From NCBI GenBank assembly GCA_023345925.1, contig JAJQQN010000037.1, positions 1-42,419 on the forward strand: a DNA stretch of 42,419 nt, written 5' to 3'. Position numbers and translations under genes: made by a program. This DNA comes from Vannella sp. (taxonomy: Eukaryota). Below the pieces are notes generated by a model. The model did no database searches. It was not told where the DNA came from and saw nothing but the letters and a program-made list of their open reading frames with translations. This document shows, one piece after another, positions 12,730 through 25,047 of this stretch (position 1 is its first letter; every line of letters starts with the position of its first letter).

Positions 12730-13419
12730 CTACTCCTGCTGACTCTCCTCTCCATCCTCGGCAGACTGGAACGTTCCAAACAGGGAACGGGATCCTGTTG
12801 TTGTTTCGGAAGGCTCAATAGACTCGCTTTCCTCCAAACCTCTCCCGAGGATGGGTTCTTCACCTTTGATGGAGCAAACAATGTAGGCAATCGCTCCGAA
12901 AACGATACCAAATGCACCAAAGATAGTAACTACAGTGAAGAAGCAAGGAAGAGCAAGACTATCGAGGGTTAGGGTTAGGTCGTTATCCAGTCCTCATCAA
13001 GAACCCTCCAACATACATGATGTAGAGGACTCCTCTCCAAAGATAGTTCTCGAGGAAGAACGAGAGAGCAAGCTCTGCTTTGGGGGACAGCCACGTCAGT
13101 TCAATCAGGGTGATAACTAAGGCGACCAAGCTGCAAGTTCGCATGAGGGGCAGAAGGCAACCGAGAGTTTTGTAACGTACCAAGAGACGATAGCAATGAA
13201 CCAGTGCTTCTCGATCAAGGTAAAAAGGGCCATAAGGGTCAGGACTGTGAAGGAGAACGTCAGGACGGGACCGAGAGACCTCCCTTACTCACATCCAGTC
13301 GCACAGTACATGTAAATCCTCACAAAAGACGCCACTTGTATGTCACCCGCTTCATCAGTGAATTGGAAGAGTGTATTGCGGGTCTTGCGAAGAGTGTTCA
13401 ACGCCCGAAGCGTGTCCAT
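12730..13419 (-). CDS. Small multi-pass membrane protein, TVP18/Flower (Cg6151-P)-like, 4 exons
   Basis: Manually spliced: MDTLRALN..YCATGFLTLMALF..LVITLIELTWL..ENYLWRGVLYIILALPCFF..IAYIVCSIKGEEP..QQE*; three GT-AG introns; family call from motif resemblance only. Confidence 0.6.
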
Positions 13420-13607
13420 TGTCGCAGAGGTGTAATAATACCAATATAATCCCCCGCTTCATACTGCAATTGTGCTATGTGCTGGAACAACTGAGGAGTA
13501 AGTCCGTTTCAAAGAGATAAAAATGGCGCGATCACCGCCCATTGGCTGAGCCGACCAATAAAAAAATACGTTTCCCAATCACTCTCTTTCTCCCACCCGA
13601 AACCAGC

Positions 13608-14045
13608 ATGAAGATCGTTGTTCGCACAGTTGCTTCTGGGGACCATATCTCCTTTGACGTGGATGAACGGTGCACTGCTGGTATCCTGAAGGAACTGATT
13701 CACCTGGAGACTGGCGTAACCCCTGATTTTCAAGAGTTGCGTTACGAGCTGGCAAGCGGACAAAACATGATTCTTTGCCGCAACGAGTTCCTTCTAGGCT
13801 GTCTTGACGCCATTGAAGAGGAACGCGTGGTAGACCTGCTTTATAACCTTGGTGGAGGAGATGATGGAGGTGAGGAAGAGGCCACAGAGTATGGACCCTC
13901 CCCAGACCACGTTTGCTGCTGCTGTGGTGTCCGTTCTATCCCTGGCGAGAAGCTCATCTGCTGTTTAACCGTTGGCTGTGGTATTCGAGAGAACAGGCCC
14001 CTTTGTGAGGTTTGCTTCTCCTCCTGCACTTGCACTCTGTTGTAA
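13608..14045 (+). CDS. Ubiquitin-like domain protein with Cys-rich tail and CaaX (CTLL)
   Basis: MKIVVRTVASGDHISFDVDERCTAGILKELIHLETGVTPDFQEL ubiquitin-fold pattern; ..LYNLGGG; acidic linker; Cys-rich tail ending CTCTLL*. Confidence 0.75.
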   Translation: MKIVVRTVASGDHISFDVDERCTAGILKELIHLETGVTPDFQELRYELASGQNMILCRNEFLLGCLDAIEEERVVDLLYNLGGGDDGGEEEATEYGPSPDHVCCCCGVRSIPGEKLICCLTVGCGIRENRPLCEVCFSSCTCTLL

Positions 14046-14386
14046 AGCTCCCATTGTAATGTACTCTGCCCTCAGCATCGTGAGCGCTTGGCTTCTCCAT
14101 CCAAAACATAAATCATGAAAATCCTCAAAAAGACTGCTCCAATCCCCTCAACCCTTGCTTCCCTCTCCTGTCGTCAAGGGATAGAGGGAGAAGGGGCCAC
14201 CGTTACGAGTCTCCTTGTCACCCATTCCTCTTCACTTGAAGAACCTGGTGCGTCAATGGGAAGGTGAGGCCCAACGTCCCCAACAGACGAAAAGGGTGGA
14301 GGTCGGGTCAACCGACAGGTGTTGGCTCTTTCATCTTATTCTATCATTTGCCGATTTTTGTTCATTTTTACAGCCTTCCGGAAAGA

Positions 14387-15369
14387 ATGGCCAACCTGGA
14401 CGAGGTTGTGAAGGTTGACAGCCAACCGGAGAAGAGTAACATCCTAGAGGACTTGTTCGTTGGATGGGTAAGGAGAAAGAAGTGCTGAAGTGTTCTCTGA
14501 CTCGGAGGAGCACAGATCTGCGGGATGTCGGGCAAGTTAGTCGAGTATCCATTCGACACCTTGAAGGTTCGCCTCCAGATTGGGCCCTACGAAGGTGCTT
14601 TGCATTGTGTTCGAACAGTCATTCGTGAGGAAGGCATCATGGCCTTCTATCGAGGGCTCAGCACGCCCCTTATCGGGTCTGGCATGGAGGTCTCCACTCT
14701 GTTCTTTGGGTGGGGAGACCCCACCTTCGTGAATCACACTGATCGGGCAACTGTTTTAGTTTCCGCTTGATGGAGAAGCTTCTAAAGCGACCAAACGAGC
14801 GTGAGATGAGTCTACCTCGTATTATCCTTGCCGGAGCGGGATCAGGCTTCGGAAGCACACTCATCTTGACTCCTGTGGAGTTGATCAAGTGTCGTCTTCA
14901 AGTCAAGAACGATTACAAAGGTCCTATCGACTGTGTGCGCCGCGCAGTGGCTGCGGAGGGCGTTACTGGCCTTTATCGTGGTCTCCTGAGCACGTTGATG
15001 CGTGAAGTACCCGGAAACGCTGCTTGGTTTGGGACCTATCACTTCTTCGGGAGAGCCCTCTCAGGCAAGGAGAGTGTGAAGGACGGCACTCAGTTTACTC
15101 AACTTGTAGCTGGAGGCCTGGCAGGCATGGCGTACTGGGGAGTCCCCTTCCCCATTGACACGATCAAGAGTGAGGTTCAAACGAAGCCAAGTGGGACTTC
15201 AACTCTCCAAGTCGCCAAACAACTCCTCCGCGAGCGAGGTATCAAAGGAATGTACCGAGGCTGCGGTGTCACACTCGTCCGCGCCTTCCCTGGCAATGCA
15301 GTGACCTTCTGGATGTACGAGCGAGTCATGAACCTGATCCACCGCAAACCCCGGGGAGGAGCTGCGTAA
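14387..15369 (+). CDS. Mitochondrial carrier (SLC25; ornithine/carnitine/basic amino acid subgroup), 3 exons
   Basis: Three PxDxxKxR-type motifs (PFDTLKVRLQ, PVELIKCRLQ, PIDTIKSEVQ), REVPG, RAFPGNA. Confidence 0.92.
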
Positions 15370-15489
15370 GCGCGGGAAATGCCCAAATACATTTCACCTT
15401 TGCCTTTCACTTGCTCACACTTCACTGCAAGTTGCCTTTTCCCGTTTAAATTATTCATTAATTATTGTCCTTGTCCGTGCCCTTGAACG

Positions 15490-18400
15490 ATGAGCTTTGG
15501 TGCCTTTGATGGTTCGTTCGCTCGCGGCAGGGACATCAGCTTGCGTGGTTCGAGTAAGAAGGAGGATAAGGCTTCTCTGTTACTGAAGGCGCGAGAGAAG
15601 CGAGAGGCTCGCTTGAGGGAGCGTAAGCGAACTGACTCTGCTCTATTGATCCAAGTAAGTTTGTGAGGGGTTGATAAGAAGAAGGATACTGACAGCTTGA
15701 CACAGAGATCCTTTAGACGGTTCAGATTGCTGCAGCTGTGGAGGAAAGAAGAGCTGGCTCTCTGGGAAGAAGAAGTGTCTACTCACCTTTCTCGCCGCGT
15801 TTCTCGAAGGATCCCGCCTTCCTTTGCAGAGACCCACAGGTTCTTACTGAGATTTATCTTTATTGTTTCTGAAGGCGATGCGTCAACCACACCTTGGCAG
15901 CTCCTTCTGCGGCTCCTCGAAGATGCGAGTGACTCAGAGTACTGTTTCGCCTCTATTGAGAGCCCCTTGGCGGCGCAAAGGCTTTGTCAGCTATCTTCTG
16001 TATTTAACAGATCTATCTCCATTCTGTCTTCTACACCAGAAGCCCATCTTCCCGCGGCAGTGGCCAAACGTGTCGCAGATATTATTGGCGTGGAAGCTTG
16101 TTCCTCGACTGTGGACGCTGAGCACCTGACAAAGGCGCTCCACTCTGCGTTAGAACTGTTCAATCTTTCTCTTGATAAGGAGATGAGTTCTTTCCTGCTG
16201 TCTGCCACCCGTGCCTGCCTTCTGTCCTCAGACAACTTTGCCATCGCCAAGGGCTTTGTCCGAAACGTCTTGTGGAAGCTCACTGGCCCGTTGGCGTCGT
16301 TACCTTCGTTTCTTGTAGAGCAGCTGTGTGAGATCATCCCTCTTGTCTCAGGAAAGGGCTTCTTTCAAGGCCTGGAGGACACTTCGGCCTCCACATTCTC
16401 TCTTTTGTTGGAGCTGGCTCAGCACCGGAATGAGCTCCTCTCCTTCATTCTGGCGGATCTGGATATCCTCTCTTTGCTCCAGCTAACTGGAAGTCGCCCG
16501 TCTTCGGTTCTGAGTGGAAGTGAGAGTGACAGTGATGAGGAGATGGAGGGAGACTTACCCGGCAGTGGTAGCGTCTCTCAGCTGCTCCGGATTGTTGATG
16601 ATTTTGCTCGACCAGAGTCTCTGAGGAAGCTTGTCGTTGATGCCTTTCCACCCATTGGCAATGATATCAATTTGCATCTTCGGACTCTATCACAGCTGGC
16701 CAAGATCCTACGCCACCTTCAGGGAAGGAAGAATGACACTTTCTCGCAGATGTTGAATCAGCTAGCATTCTCAATCCGAGTGACTCCTCGATTCTGGCAA
16801 ACTCTTGAGACCAGTGGGTTTGTTTCCCGCTTCCGAATGGATTGCGAGGGGGACACTGACTTGCTCGTGTTTTTCACCCTCCTTTGCCATCGCTGGCTGC
16901 TGGCAGTGGACGATCATGAGTTTTTTGACAGCCAAGTGTTCCTCTCCTTGGAGGAGTGGGCTAAAATGGTTCTTTTCGTCAAGTCTGTGGTCATCGCTCA
17001 GTTCGAGAGTCGCCTTCGCCAGGAGGCTCAGTACCACGATGAGTTGTGTCAGTCATCTTCTCGTCTTCTGCGCCTCCTTTATGACCGAGAGTAGGTGATC
17101 CCCGACCATCTGTGGAAGTATTCTAACTTCATAATAGCTGTCGCCGCCCCTTTCTCAAGGATGGTTGGATATCCGCGAGTATCTTGGCTTTGTTCCACGG
17201 CAGCGAGAGTAATCAAAAGCTTGTTGTCCAAGCCGTGCCATTCTTCATTCCACTGGAAGATCGCTTCAAGGTGTTCCACAACTACATTTCCGAGAAGAAG
17301 AGGTCCATTCATGGGTCCTACAGGACAAGAAGCGTGGACGTTATAATCAAACGAGAATCACTCTTTGAAGACGGCTATGACCGCCTCCATGGCATGAGCG
17401 AGACAAAATTCCTGGGCCGTCTTCGAGTCAGCTTTGTGAACGCTTCAGGACTGGAAGAAGCCGGAATTGATGGCGGCGGTCTCTTCAAGTAAGTTCCTCA
17501 CTCTCCCTTGTCTATCATCGCGCATTTGGATGGACGCGAGAGTGCATTCTGAAGCATCTTGGAAATAGGGAGTTTATGACCGAAATGCTGCATCAGGGAT
17601 TCAACCCCGATAGTGGTCTCTTCACGTACTCTGCAAGTGGAGATCTGTACCCCAGCCCAGGAGCTCCTGATGCTGTGGAGGAGTGGCGAGAAATGTACTC
17701 TTTCCTGGGACGCCTTTTGGTATGCCCCTTCCTTCTCTCTGCTCTCCTGCGAGTGCACGTTGCTGACTACCTGACAGGGAAAGAGTCTTTTCGAGCTGGT
17801 GATGGTCCATCTCCCGCTTTCTCGATTCTTCATCTCCCGCATTCTGCGCAAGAGTGCCAATTATGGTCCGTACAACTCCCTCGTGGGCGATCTGAAGGAC
17901 CACTTACTTATCACTCTCCACTAGTGAATGACTTGGCCACTCTCGACCCAGTCATGTACCGCAACATGATGGCGCTCAAGAACTACCCAGGGGACGTTGA
18001 GGAGGACCTTTCCCTCACTTTCTCAGTGACAGACACCACCCTGGGAGGGGATTCCATCGTCAATCTCGTCCCCAATGGACAGAACAAAGCCGTGACCAAC
18101 CAAAACCGAATGCAGTACATCCTTCTCATGGCTCGCTACCGCCTCAACACTCAACTCCAAGCGCAGCTGCAGTGCTTCCTCCACGGTCTCCAACAAGTCA
18201 TCCCCCAAGAGTGGATCGAAATGTTCAACGAAGAAGAGCTTCAGCAGCTCATCTCCGGTCTCGAAGGGCCCTTGGACTTGGACGACTTTCGCGCTCATAC
18301 GGTCTACTCGGGCGGGTACGACAACGATCATCCCGTCATTCAAACCTTTTGGATCGTCCTGGAGTCCCTCAGTCCCCAACAGCAGCGAAAGTTCCTCCGT

Positions 18401-18610
18401 TTCGCCACGAGCACGGAGCGCAGCCCGCTCTTGGGCTTTGCCTTTCTCGAGCCCAAGTTCGCCATTCAGAGGGGTGACGATCCTTCTCGTCTGCCCTCTG
18501 CTAGCACTTGCTTCAACCTCCTCAAACTCCCGCCCTACGCCTCTTTCGCTCTCATGCGGGAGAAGCTCGTTTACGCCGTCGAGTCGTCCTCTGGCTTTGA
18601 GATGAGTTAG
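15490..18610 (+). CDS. IQ-motif HECT E3 ubiquitin ligase (UBE3B/UBE3C-like), multi-exon
   Basis: N-terminal ISLRGSSKKE..R..RE..ALLIQ/RSFRR IQ motif; PFFIPLEDRF, EAGIDGGGLFKEF, RLPSASTCFNLLKLP, GFEMS*. Confidence 0.92.
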
Positions 18611-18733
18611 AGCCTCTCGTTCCTTGTCTCCACTCCATATCCTCCTTTCTTCTAAAGGGCTTCCTCTCGAGGCGGTGGCGCGAATGGCAAAGGAGGTTTC
18701 CCGTTTCTTGGTCATTTGCTCTCGCCCTTCTGG

Positions 18734-21214
18734 ATGTCGCAGCCTCCTGGACCGTACGGGGGTGGCTATGGGGCACCATATGGGTCTGCTCCTTCGTATG
18801 GAGCACCTCCGGCATGGGGAGGGGGCGGTGGAGGCTCTGCAGGAGCCCCTCCGTCCTCCTCGTCGACCAACCAGCAATTGCAACTGATGCAGGAGCTACT
18901 CAAGCTCAGGCAAGCTCAGCAATCTCAGCAATCTCAGCCTCCTCAACAGAGTATGCACGCTCCTGCTGCTTATCCTCCTCCGTACGAGCCTTCTGGCCAC
19001 AACGCTTACGCTCCTGCGTACTCCTCAGCTCCTCCTTCCTACGCCCCAATGGGTTCTACCAACAGGAACGACAACACTATGGATCTTATTCGTCATGCCC
19101 AGCAACTTCTCCTCCAACAGGCCAGCCAGAACCAGCCGCAGCACTACTCGGCACCGCAGAGCTCTTCAGGATACAGCTCCTATGCCCCACAGGAGAGCGC
19201 TCCTCAACAAGCACCTTCTTATTCGTATGCTGAACCCCAAAGCTCTTCCAATGGAGGAAGTTCAAGCGGATATCACCAACCGTACGATCCCGCCGCTCCT
19301 TCTGGCTCGTATGGCTCTTACAGCGCGCCTCAGCCAGAGTACATTCCTGATAGGAGTTACAAGGAGCCTGAGGGCTACTCACAAAGCTATCAGCCCCCTG
19401 CAGGGCCCCCATCGGCATCGATCAACTCATTCCAGCCCCCTGCTTACGCTCCCAGCGGCTCTTTCATCCATTCTCAGAGCCAAAACGACTACGACCATAG
19501 GCCATCATATGTCCCCTCTGAGGTAGACCGCTACGCGGGTTCCAGAGATAACGATCACCATTCTATGCCTAACTCTCACTCTGGTCACTCCACCAACCAG
19601 CCACGCAGCTCTGAGTACGACAGAAGACCCTTCTCCAAGCCAGAACCACCTAGACCGAGGGCCTTACGTAGTTCACGAGCCAAAAAGAAGAATCTCCCTC
19701 GCTCTCCTCCTCGCCAGTCTCCCCCTCGCAAGCGAGACTCTCCCCTCAAGCGGAAAAGATCGCCTCCACCTCGTTCTACCCCAGGAAAGCCTGGAGTTCT
19801 TGCAGGAGTGGCGCCAGTACCACTTCCAGACAAACCTTCGTCCGCCGCTCACTCTTTGCTGCAACAACAGGTCAACTACTGGGAGACTCGCAGTCGCTAT
19901 CCTCGAATGGCACTGCCCAAGGACTACTCGTCCACGCAGATCCTCTGGACGGAGCACCCAGAGCAGATGAAACTCACAGAATGGTCCATTGACTTTGAGT
20001 TTGCCTCCCAAGCCGTTGGAAACGACTGCACACCAGCGTCAGTCCCCTCTACGAGTGGAAGACCTGCTCAGGAGAGCCTGGGGGACGATGGGAAGTACTA
20101 CACAGTGAAAGTGCTCATTTCATCAGGAATGCGAGCAGCATCCGACCAGCCGAAAGGCCAGCCTCTTCAGCATCACTTTGTAGTGGGGAAGAACGATGGG
20201 GAGGTCTTCTGCATCGGAGGTGCCTCTCATCGGGAGCTGGATGGAGGAAATCCAGCAGATCCAAATGTGTGGGAAGCCACTGCAGCTCGCCATTTGAAGA
20301 ACTTTACGGGATGGGACTTGGCAGCACTTCCACGACCCTGCCGGTGGCTGTCTTTCCTGAGCATTGAGTATCAGCGACAGGCTGGGATGGAGGTTTGTGT
20401 GATTCTAATTCCTTGTATCTGGGAGGTTCCTCTCGCCCATCTGATTGTCGTAAGTGCTCCAGAGCCCGAAAGCTCTTCCCATAGTCATTCGCAACCGGAT
20501 GAAGTGCCTGCTGTTACTTCTCTTTCAACTGAAATGCCAGAAAACGGGGAAACCGTCTCCTTGGAAGTGGTTGATATGGAGATCTCAGACGATGATGCCC
20601 CTGCTAGTCCTATTCCTGCACAGACAGCAGAAGTGCCCTTAGCAAAAGCAGAGCCGGTAGTAGCCATTCCTCCCATTCCTGTTGTGTCCGCTGGTAAGGA
20701 GACCGAACCAGAGCCGGAGGTGATCCGATTGGTTACACCAGTAGCCCACAAAGGCGTGAAACTGCGAGCCAGATCGCTCGCACTGGTAGGTATGTTGGAA
20801 TATGACAAAAAGGACGTTGGAGAGCACACTTTCGAAGCATCGTTATGCGGGGAGCTCTTCAGTGACCTTCTACGTCTTCAAAACGGCAAACTTATTCGAA
20901 CAGCACTCGAAAGATACCGCTCCAACCGTGCCCAACTACTGATATCCGATGAGCCAGCCTTGAAGCGTCAGAAACTCGGAGATTCCTCGGAAGAGAACTC
21001 TGAGGAAGTCAGGAAACTTCATTTGAAAGCTGCTTTCGAGTATTTTGACGAGAAACGCATCGGCTACTTCTGGCCTGAGCAATTGGAAGATATTCTGTAT
21101 CGCTTAGGAGACTCCTCCTCCGCCCGCATTGTCGAAGAGCTTGTCGATCCGCTGATAGCAGCTTCCACTGGACGCATCCCGTACAGCGACTTATTAGAAA
21201 GTGGGGCTCTCTGA
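18734..21214 (+). CDS. CCAR1/DBC1-like nuclear protein (P/S/Y/Q low-complexity N-terminus, DBC1 domain, C-terminal EF-hand-like region)
   Basis: RYPRMALPKDYS, FVVGK.DGEVFCIGG..ELDGGNP, FEASLCGELFSDLL, AAFEYFD..GY..LEDIL. Confidence 0.75.
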   Translation: MSQPPGPYGGGYGAPYGSAPSYGAPPAWGGGGGGSAGAPPSSSSTNQQLQLMQELLKLRQAQQSQQSQPPQQSMHAPAAYPPPYEPSGHNAYAPAYSSAPPSYAPMGSTNRNDNTMDLIRHAQQLLLQQASQNQPQHYSAPQSSSGYSSYAPQESAPQQAPSYSYAEPQSSSNGGSSSGYHQPYDPAAPSGSYGSYSAPQPEYIPDRSYKEPEGYSQSYQPPAGPPSASINSFQPPAYAPSGSFIHSQSQNDYDHRPSYVPSEVDRYAGSRDNDHHSMPNSHSGHSTNQPRSSEYDRRPFSKPEPPRPRALRSSRAKKKNLPRSPPRQSPPRKRDSPLKRKRSPPPRSTPGKPGVLAGVAPVPLPDKPSSAAHSLLQQQVNYWETRSRYPRMALPKDYSSTQILWTEHPEQMKLTEWSIDFEFASQAVGNDCTPASVPSTSGRPAQESLGDDGKYYTVKVLISSGMRAASDQPKGQPLQHHFVVGKNDGEVFCIGGASHRELDGGNPADPNVWEATAARHLKNFTGWDLAALPRPCRWLSFLSIEYQRQAGMEVCVILIPCIWEVPLAHLIVVSAPEPESSSHSHSQPDEVPAVTSLSTEMPENGETVSLEVVDMEISDDDAPASPIPAQTAEVPLAKAEPVVAIPPIPVVSAGKETEPEPEVIRLVTPVAHKGVKLRARSLALVGMLEYDKKDVGEHTFEASLCGELFSDLLRLQNGKLIRTALERYRSNRAQLLISDEPALKRQKLGDSSEENSEEVRKLHLKAAFEYFDEKRIGYFWPEQLEDILYRLGDSSSARIVEELVDPLIAASTGRIPYSDLLESGAL

Positions 21215-21363
21215 AGGTCACACAAATGAACTGCCTTTCACAAGTTGGCTCAACTGTTTGTCCTTTCAGGCCTTTGCGACTTGAAAGAGAATCTGTACGC
21301 CTTTGCTCAGACGATAAGAACGCTGCACGCTGCACCCCACGCTCTGGTTCAATCTTTGTTTGT

Positions 21364-24251
21364 TTATTCCATTTTCGTCTTAGTTTCGGAATGAATCCGC
21401 CGCAGGGGCCAATGGGCCAGAATCGCGAAGAAGAGAAATCCGGAAAAGAACCAAGTCACTCTGTGGAAGAGGACCATGCCATACTGCAACATTAGAGTAG
21501 CAGAAAGGGTCGCTATGATACCAGGGAGGAAGCGACGATGGGGTTGGAAGTGGCAAGCGAGGAAGGACAAGGAGATGGTCAAGGCTTCAAAGACCAAAGG
21601 GCCGTCGTTCTCTCGAGTTTCGTAGGAAATGGCTTTCGCAAAGAGCAGCGCGTTGGGGAGACTTTCGATCACTCCCAATAGAGCCACAAAGAGGACAATC
21701 CGTTGATATTCTCGTGTGTTCGGTTGTCCTTGCAGCCGGCTGTGGAAGATGGCCAGTTGGCCAGAGCAAAAGAGGAGAGCGACGATGATGTGCGTGTAAT
21801 ACCCAAGAAAGATGGTGGCAATAGTGAGTAAGCTGCTCACTAAAAGCGGTCCGCGTGGGCCTTCGTTGAGAGGTCGGATGCGGCGTACCAAAGAGGAATA
21901 GACCAAAAGCAGAACTGCAAAAAGCCAGAAAAGGGAAACGGAGGCGCAAAAAGAGAAGAGGAACAGCAATGCAAGAAGGAATGAAGAAGGGGAGGTGAAG
22001 AATACAAAACTGTGCTCGTTGAAAGGAGCTGGAAGAAGGCTTGTAGCGTTCCAGATCTTATCCGGGGAGAAACAAACGAAAGGGACTATCAATATCAAGA
22101 CGATAAGTGCCTGGGAAGCTGAGTGACTAAAGAAAGGCAAAGAGCCGAGCGAAGCAAAAGAAAGAAGTTGGATTCCGACAATAAAGAGGAAAGAGGCAGC
22201 CATCGACGCCCCAATGGCACTCGGAAAGGTTAATACGAAGCTGGCTGTAGTTAGAACCACATTCGGTTTGATCTCCACTGAATAGGTGCAAGAAGGGTCA
22301 GCTAGAATGATAAGTCGATGCTCATCTTCAGAGGAGACATGGAAGCGGAGAGGCAGTGCCTTGTTTGTGGCATTGGGCACAATGTGTTGCTCATGAAGAG
22401 CAGGGCGGTATTGGAGTAGGAGTGGGGCAAACGTTGGTTCTTCACATTCCACTGAATCAATCTGGATAGTGAAGGAGATGTGGGAATCAAAGAGAGGCAG
22501 AGACACATTGCGCAAAGCGGCCTGATTCGCTCCCATCTGAAAAGAGTAAAAAGGCCACCATCTTGTCCCTTGTGGCGTTATGGTGGAATTGTCTGAGCTG
22601 TAGAACTGCGCCAATCGAACACTCGGTGAAATGGCTCTTTGAGGCACAATTACAACTCTCTGATATCCAATAAGCTGTTGTGGAGAGAGGTGGACCAAAG
22701 ACTCTGGGGAGTGATCTTTGGCTGGCTTTTTTGTGCTCCGGATAGGACGCCCTCCACTGTACTCTTGGCGTAAGGACTCCACCGGAAGTGAAATAGTCTT
22801 TGGAGAGAGGCTGACCGAGCAAGCACTCTCCTGGCAAAGATAAACCTCGTATTCGCGAGACGGAGAGTCCGTTATGAAGATAAAGTGAAGCTCCCCGTTC
22901 TGTGGTATCTCATAGGAGAAGGGATGGCGCTCAAGCGCCTCATCAGACTTTTGAATCGAAGTTTGAGGGAATAAGTGGCCAAAGGGCGCTGTTGTACTCA
23001 AGAGAGAACTCTGCATCAGAGAAGAAAGAAAGGAATGACTATGGCGAATCTCTAAAGGCGCAGGCGAATGGTACTCTTCCAAACACTTGGCCACGTAAGA
23101 CTGAGGAATATACTTCTCATGAGAGGCATCTACAAGCCCCAATGTACATGGCATTGGATTCAGCAACTCAGATTGAAGTATTCCCATCCTCTCCGGCAGA
23201 GAAAGTCTCATCTGACGCGACTCTGGCTCAATAAGAAGAAAAAGCACATTCGCCAGTTTCTCTGCCATTTGGTTGCACCAGATGATTGCCACGTGATCCA
23301 TTTGGATGAGGACGTCCGGGATACCTGTTGTAAGAACACTGAAAGAGTGGCTAGTCGGTGCCAGCTGCTGCAAGTCCACAGAACTGCTGAGAATGAGGCG
23401 GTCACGGAAACTCCCGGAAATCGCCACCACAGACACGTCTGCCAAGCTGCTATTCAGTTCTTGTTGCCAGAAGCTTCTTGTCTTGAAGTAGAAGTCGCTG
23501 AGAGTCTTCCGGTAGAAGTAAGGGTGCTGCTTGTGAGGCGAGTTGAGGGAGAAGATCGTGCTGATGGAGCCGTTTTGGTAGTTTCTAGCCGCAAAAGTAG
23601 CTGTGGCAACAACACCTCCCATACTGTGCGCGACCAGGAGGACAGAAGTGGGCCGTGCAGGGAGTTCTTTGGTGGCGACCACGGGAAGATGCTGGTACGC
23701 GCGGAGGATGTCCCGTACGCAGTCATTGACGTATTCTGTTTGTTCTTCAAGGATCTTTCCACTGAAAGCACTCAGCTCCTCTCGGTTATCCACCGAAAAG
23801 AAGTCAATCTCGCCCAAGGTTGAGGAAAAGTTTGGTCCGTTTGCTTGCTGAGTGCGTTCTAGATGTGTAGCAGTTGCCCAGCCAAGAGATCGAACTTGCT
23901 CATGATGTCCTGCATTGCCTGGTACGAAGAGGACTGGCGCACCTCGAAGTTCTGGTCGCTTTGCAAACGCCGTCATTCGTTCGGAGCCCTCTCGGTAGTA
24001 ATACAGCTGTTCCCTCATTAGCTCAGTCTCCCCATTCTCAATAAAGAGTCTCCTACTTTGTACTTGTGCGCGTAGGCCGAGGAGACGCTCATCTCTGCAT
24101 AAGAAGGGCTCATGAACGTCATCCGGCAGTAGTTAGCCTGTGAGGGCGTCTCTTGCATGTACCAAACAGCCGATAAGACCCCCATTACGATTGAAAGTAT
24201 GCCAAGAACAAACCCAATCGCCCAAGCCCTCCGTACCACGTCCCCGAACAT
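21364..24251 (-). CDS. PGAP1: GPI inositol-deacylase (PGAP1/Bst1)
   Basis: N-terminal TM, NYCRMTFMSPSY, PVLFVPGNAG..QVRS, AHSMGG nucleophile, DHVAIIWC, C-terminal TMs; intron near 24010-24057. Confidence 0.92.
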
Positions 24252-24550
24252 GGCACCTCCGCCCAGCCCCAAACAAACTGGCCTTCTGACTCCTCCTGGC
24301 CTTCTACACTCCGTACCTGACGACTAGACCCTTTGTCTTGAACTCAAACCAAGGAGAGGCTCCGCTCCAGCCAGCTTCCCTCAAAAGCAAGATCTTTCGC
24401 AAAGTCACCTTTGACAGGCATTGTTCCGTTGCAAAGGGTGAGGAAGGCCACTGTTGCAATAACCCTCACTTGAGTGGCATGAGTAGGCTGCTAAGCATGG
24501 TGAAAGACAACCAAGTCAGTCAGGAAGTGACTTTTCTTGAGGCAAAGAAA

Positions 24551-24572
24551 GGGTTTAGGGTTTAGGGTTTAG
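24551..24572. repeat. Telomere-like (TTTAGGG)x3
   Basis: gggtttagggtttagggtttag, overlapping the stop codon of the TMEM230-like gene. Confidence 0.7.
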
Positions 24573-24984
24573 ATCTGCTCGAAGGATGGGATCATCTCCC
24601 AAGAGTAGTCTGGATCTTTCAGACAAAGCCTGATCACTAAGAAGGTGATGTATGCTGTGCTGGGTGTGAGTAGAGGGACGAACGGAGGCGTTTGCTGGTC
24701 TTACCGCCTGGAAGGCCAGTTATCAAGGCTACGACGAAGCAAGGTAGACCATACCACCAGTCACCGATGTAAAGGGACCAAATGCCCAACAGAAGAAAGA
24801 CGATCCCGATGCCCAACAGCACCGCTGACGCCACTATCGACGGTAGCCTCTGCCGCACAGTCACCTTCAGCTCTGTATCCGTCGGTGGCTCGGGTATGTA
24901 CTCTTCCTCGTCCATATCCTCATCATCAAGCTCCTCCACCAGCGGCTGATCCTCACTCCGAGCCAGCGGGCCCCTCCTCAGCAT
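24569..24984 (-). CDS. TMEM230/TMEM134-family small membrane protein, 2 exons
   Basis: Two TM helices, then spliced LPGAYITFLVIRLCLKDPDYSWEMIPSFEQI*, which resembles the PG.Y...YS...IP ending of the family. Confidence 0.65.
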
Positions 24985-25047
24985 CCTGCGACGGGGAAAT
25001 GCTCACGTACGACCCCGTTCTACTCTCACTCAACCTTCCTACCACTG

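Noticed and set aside
18023..18883. Long antisense ORFs (also 1337-2092, 23068-23823, 36333-37094)
   Set aside because: Shadow ORFs opposite well-supported genes.
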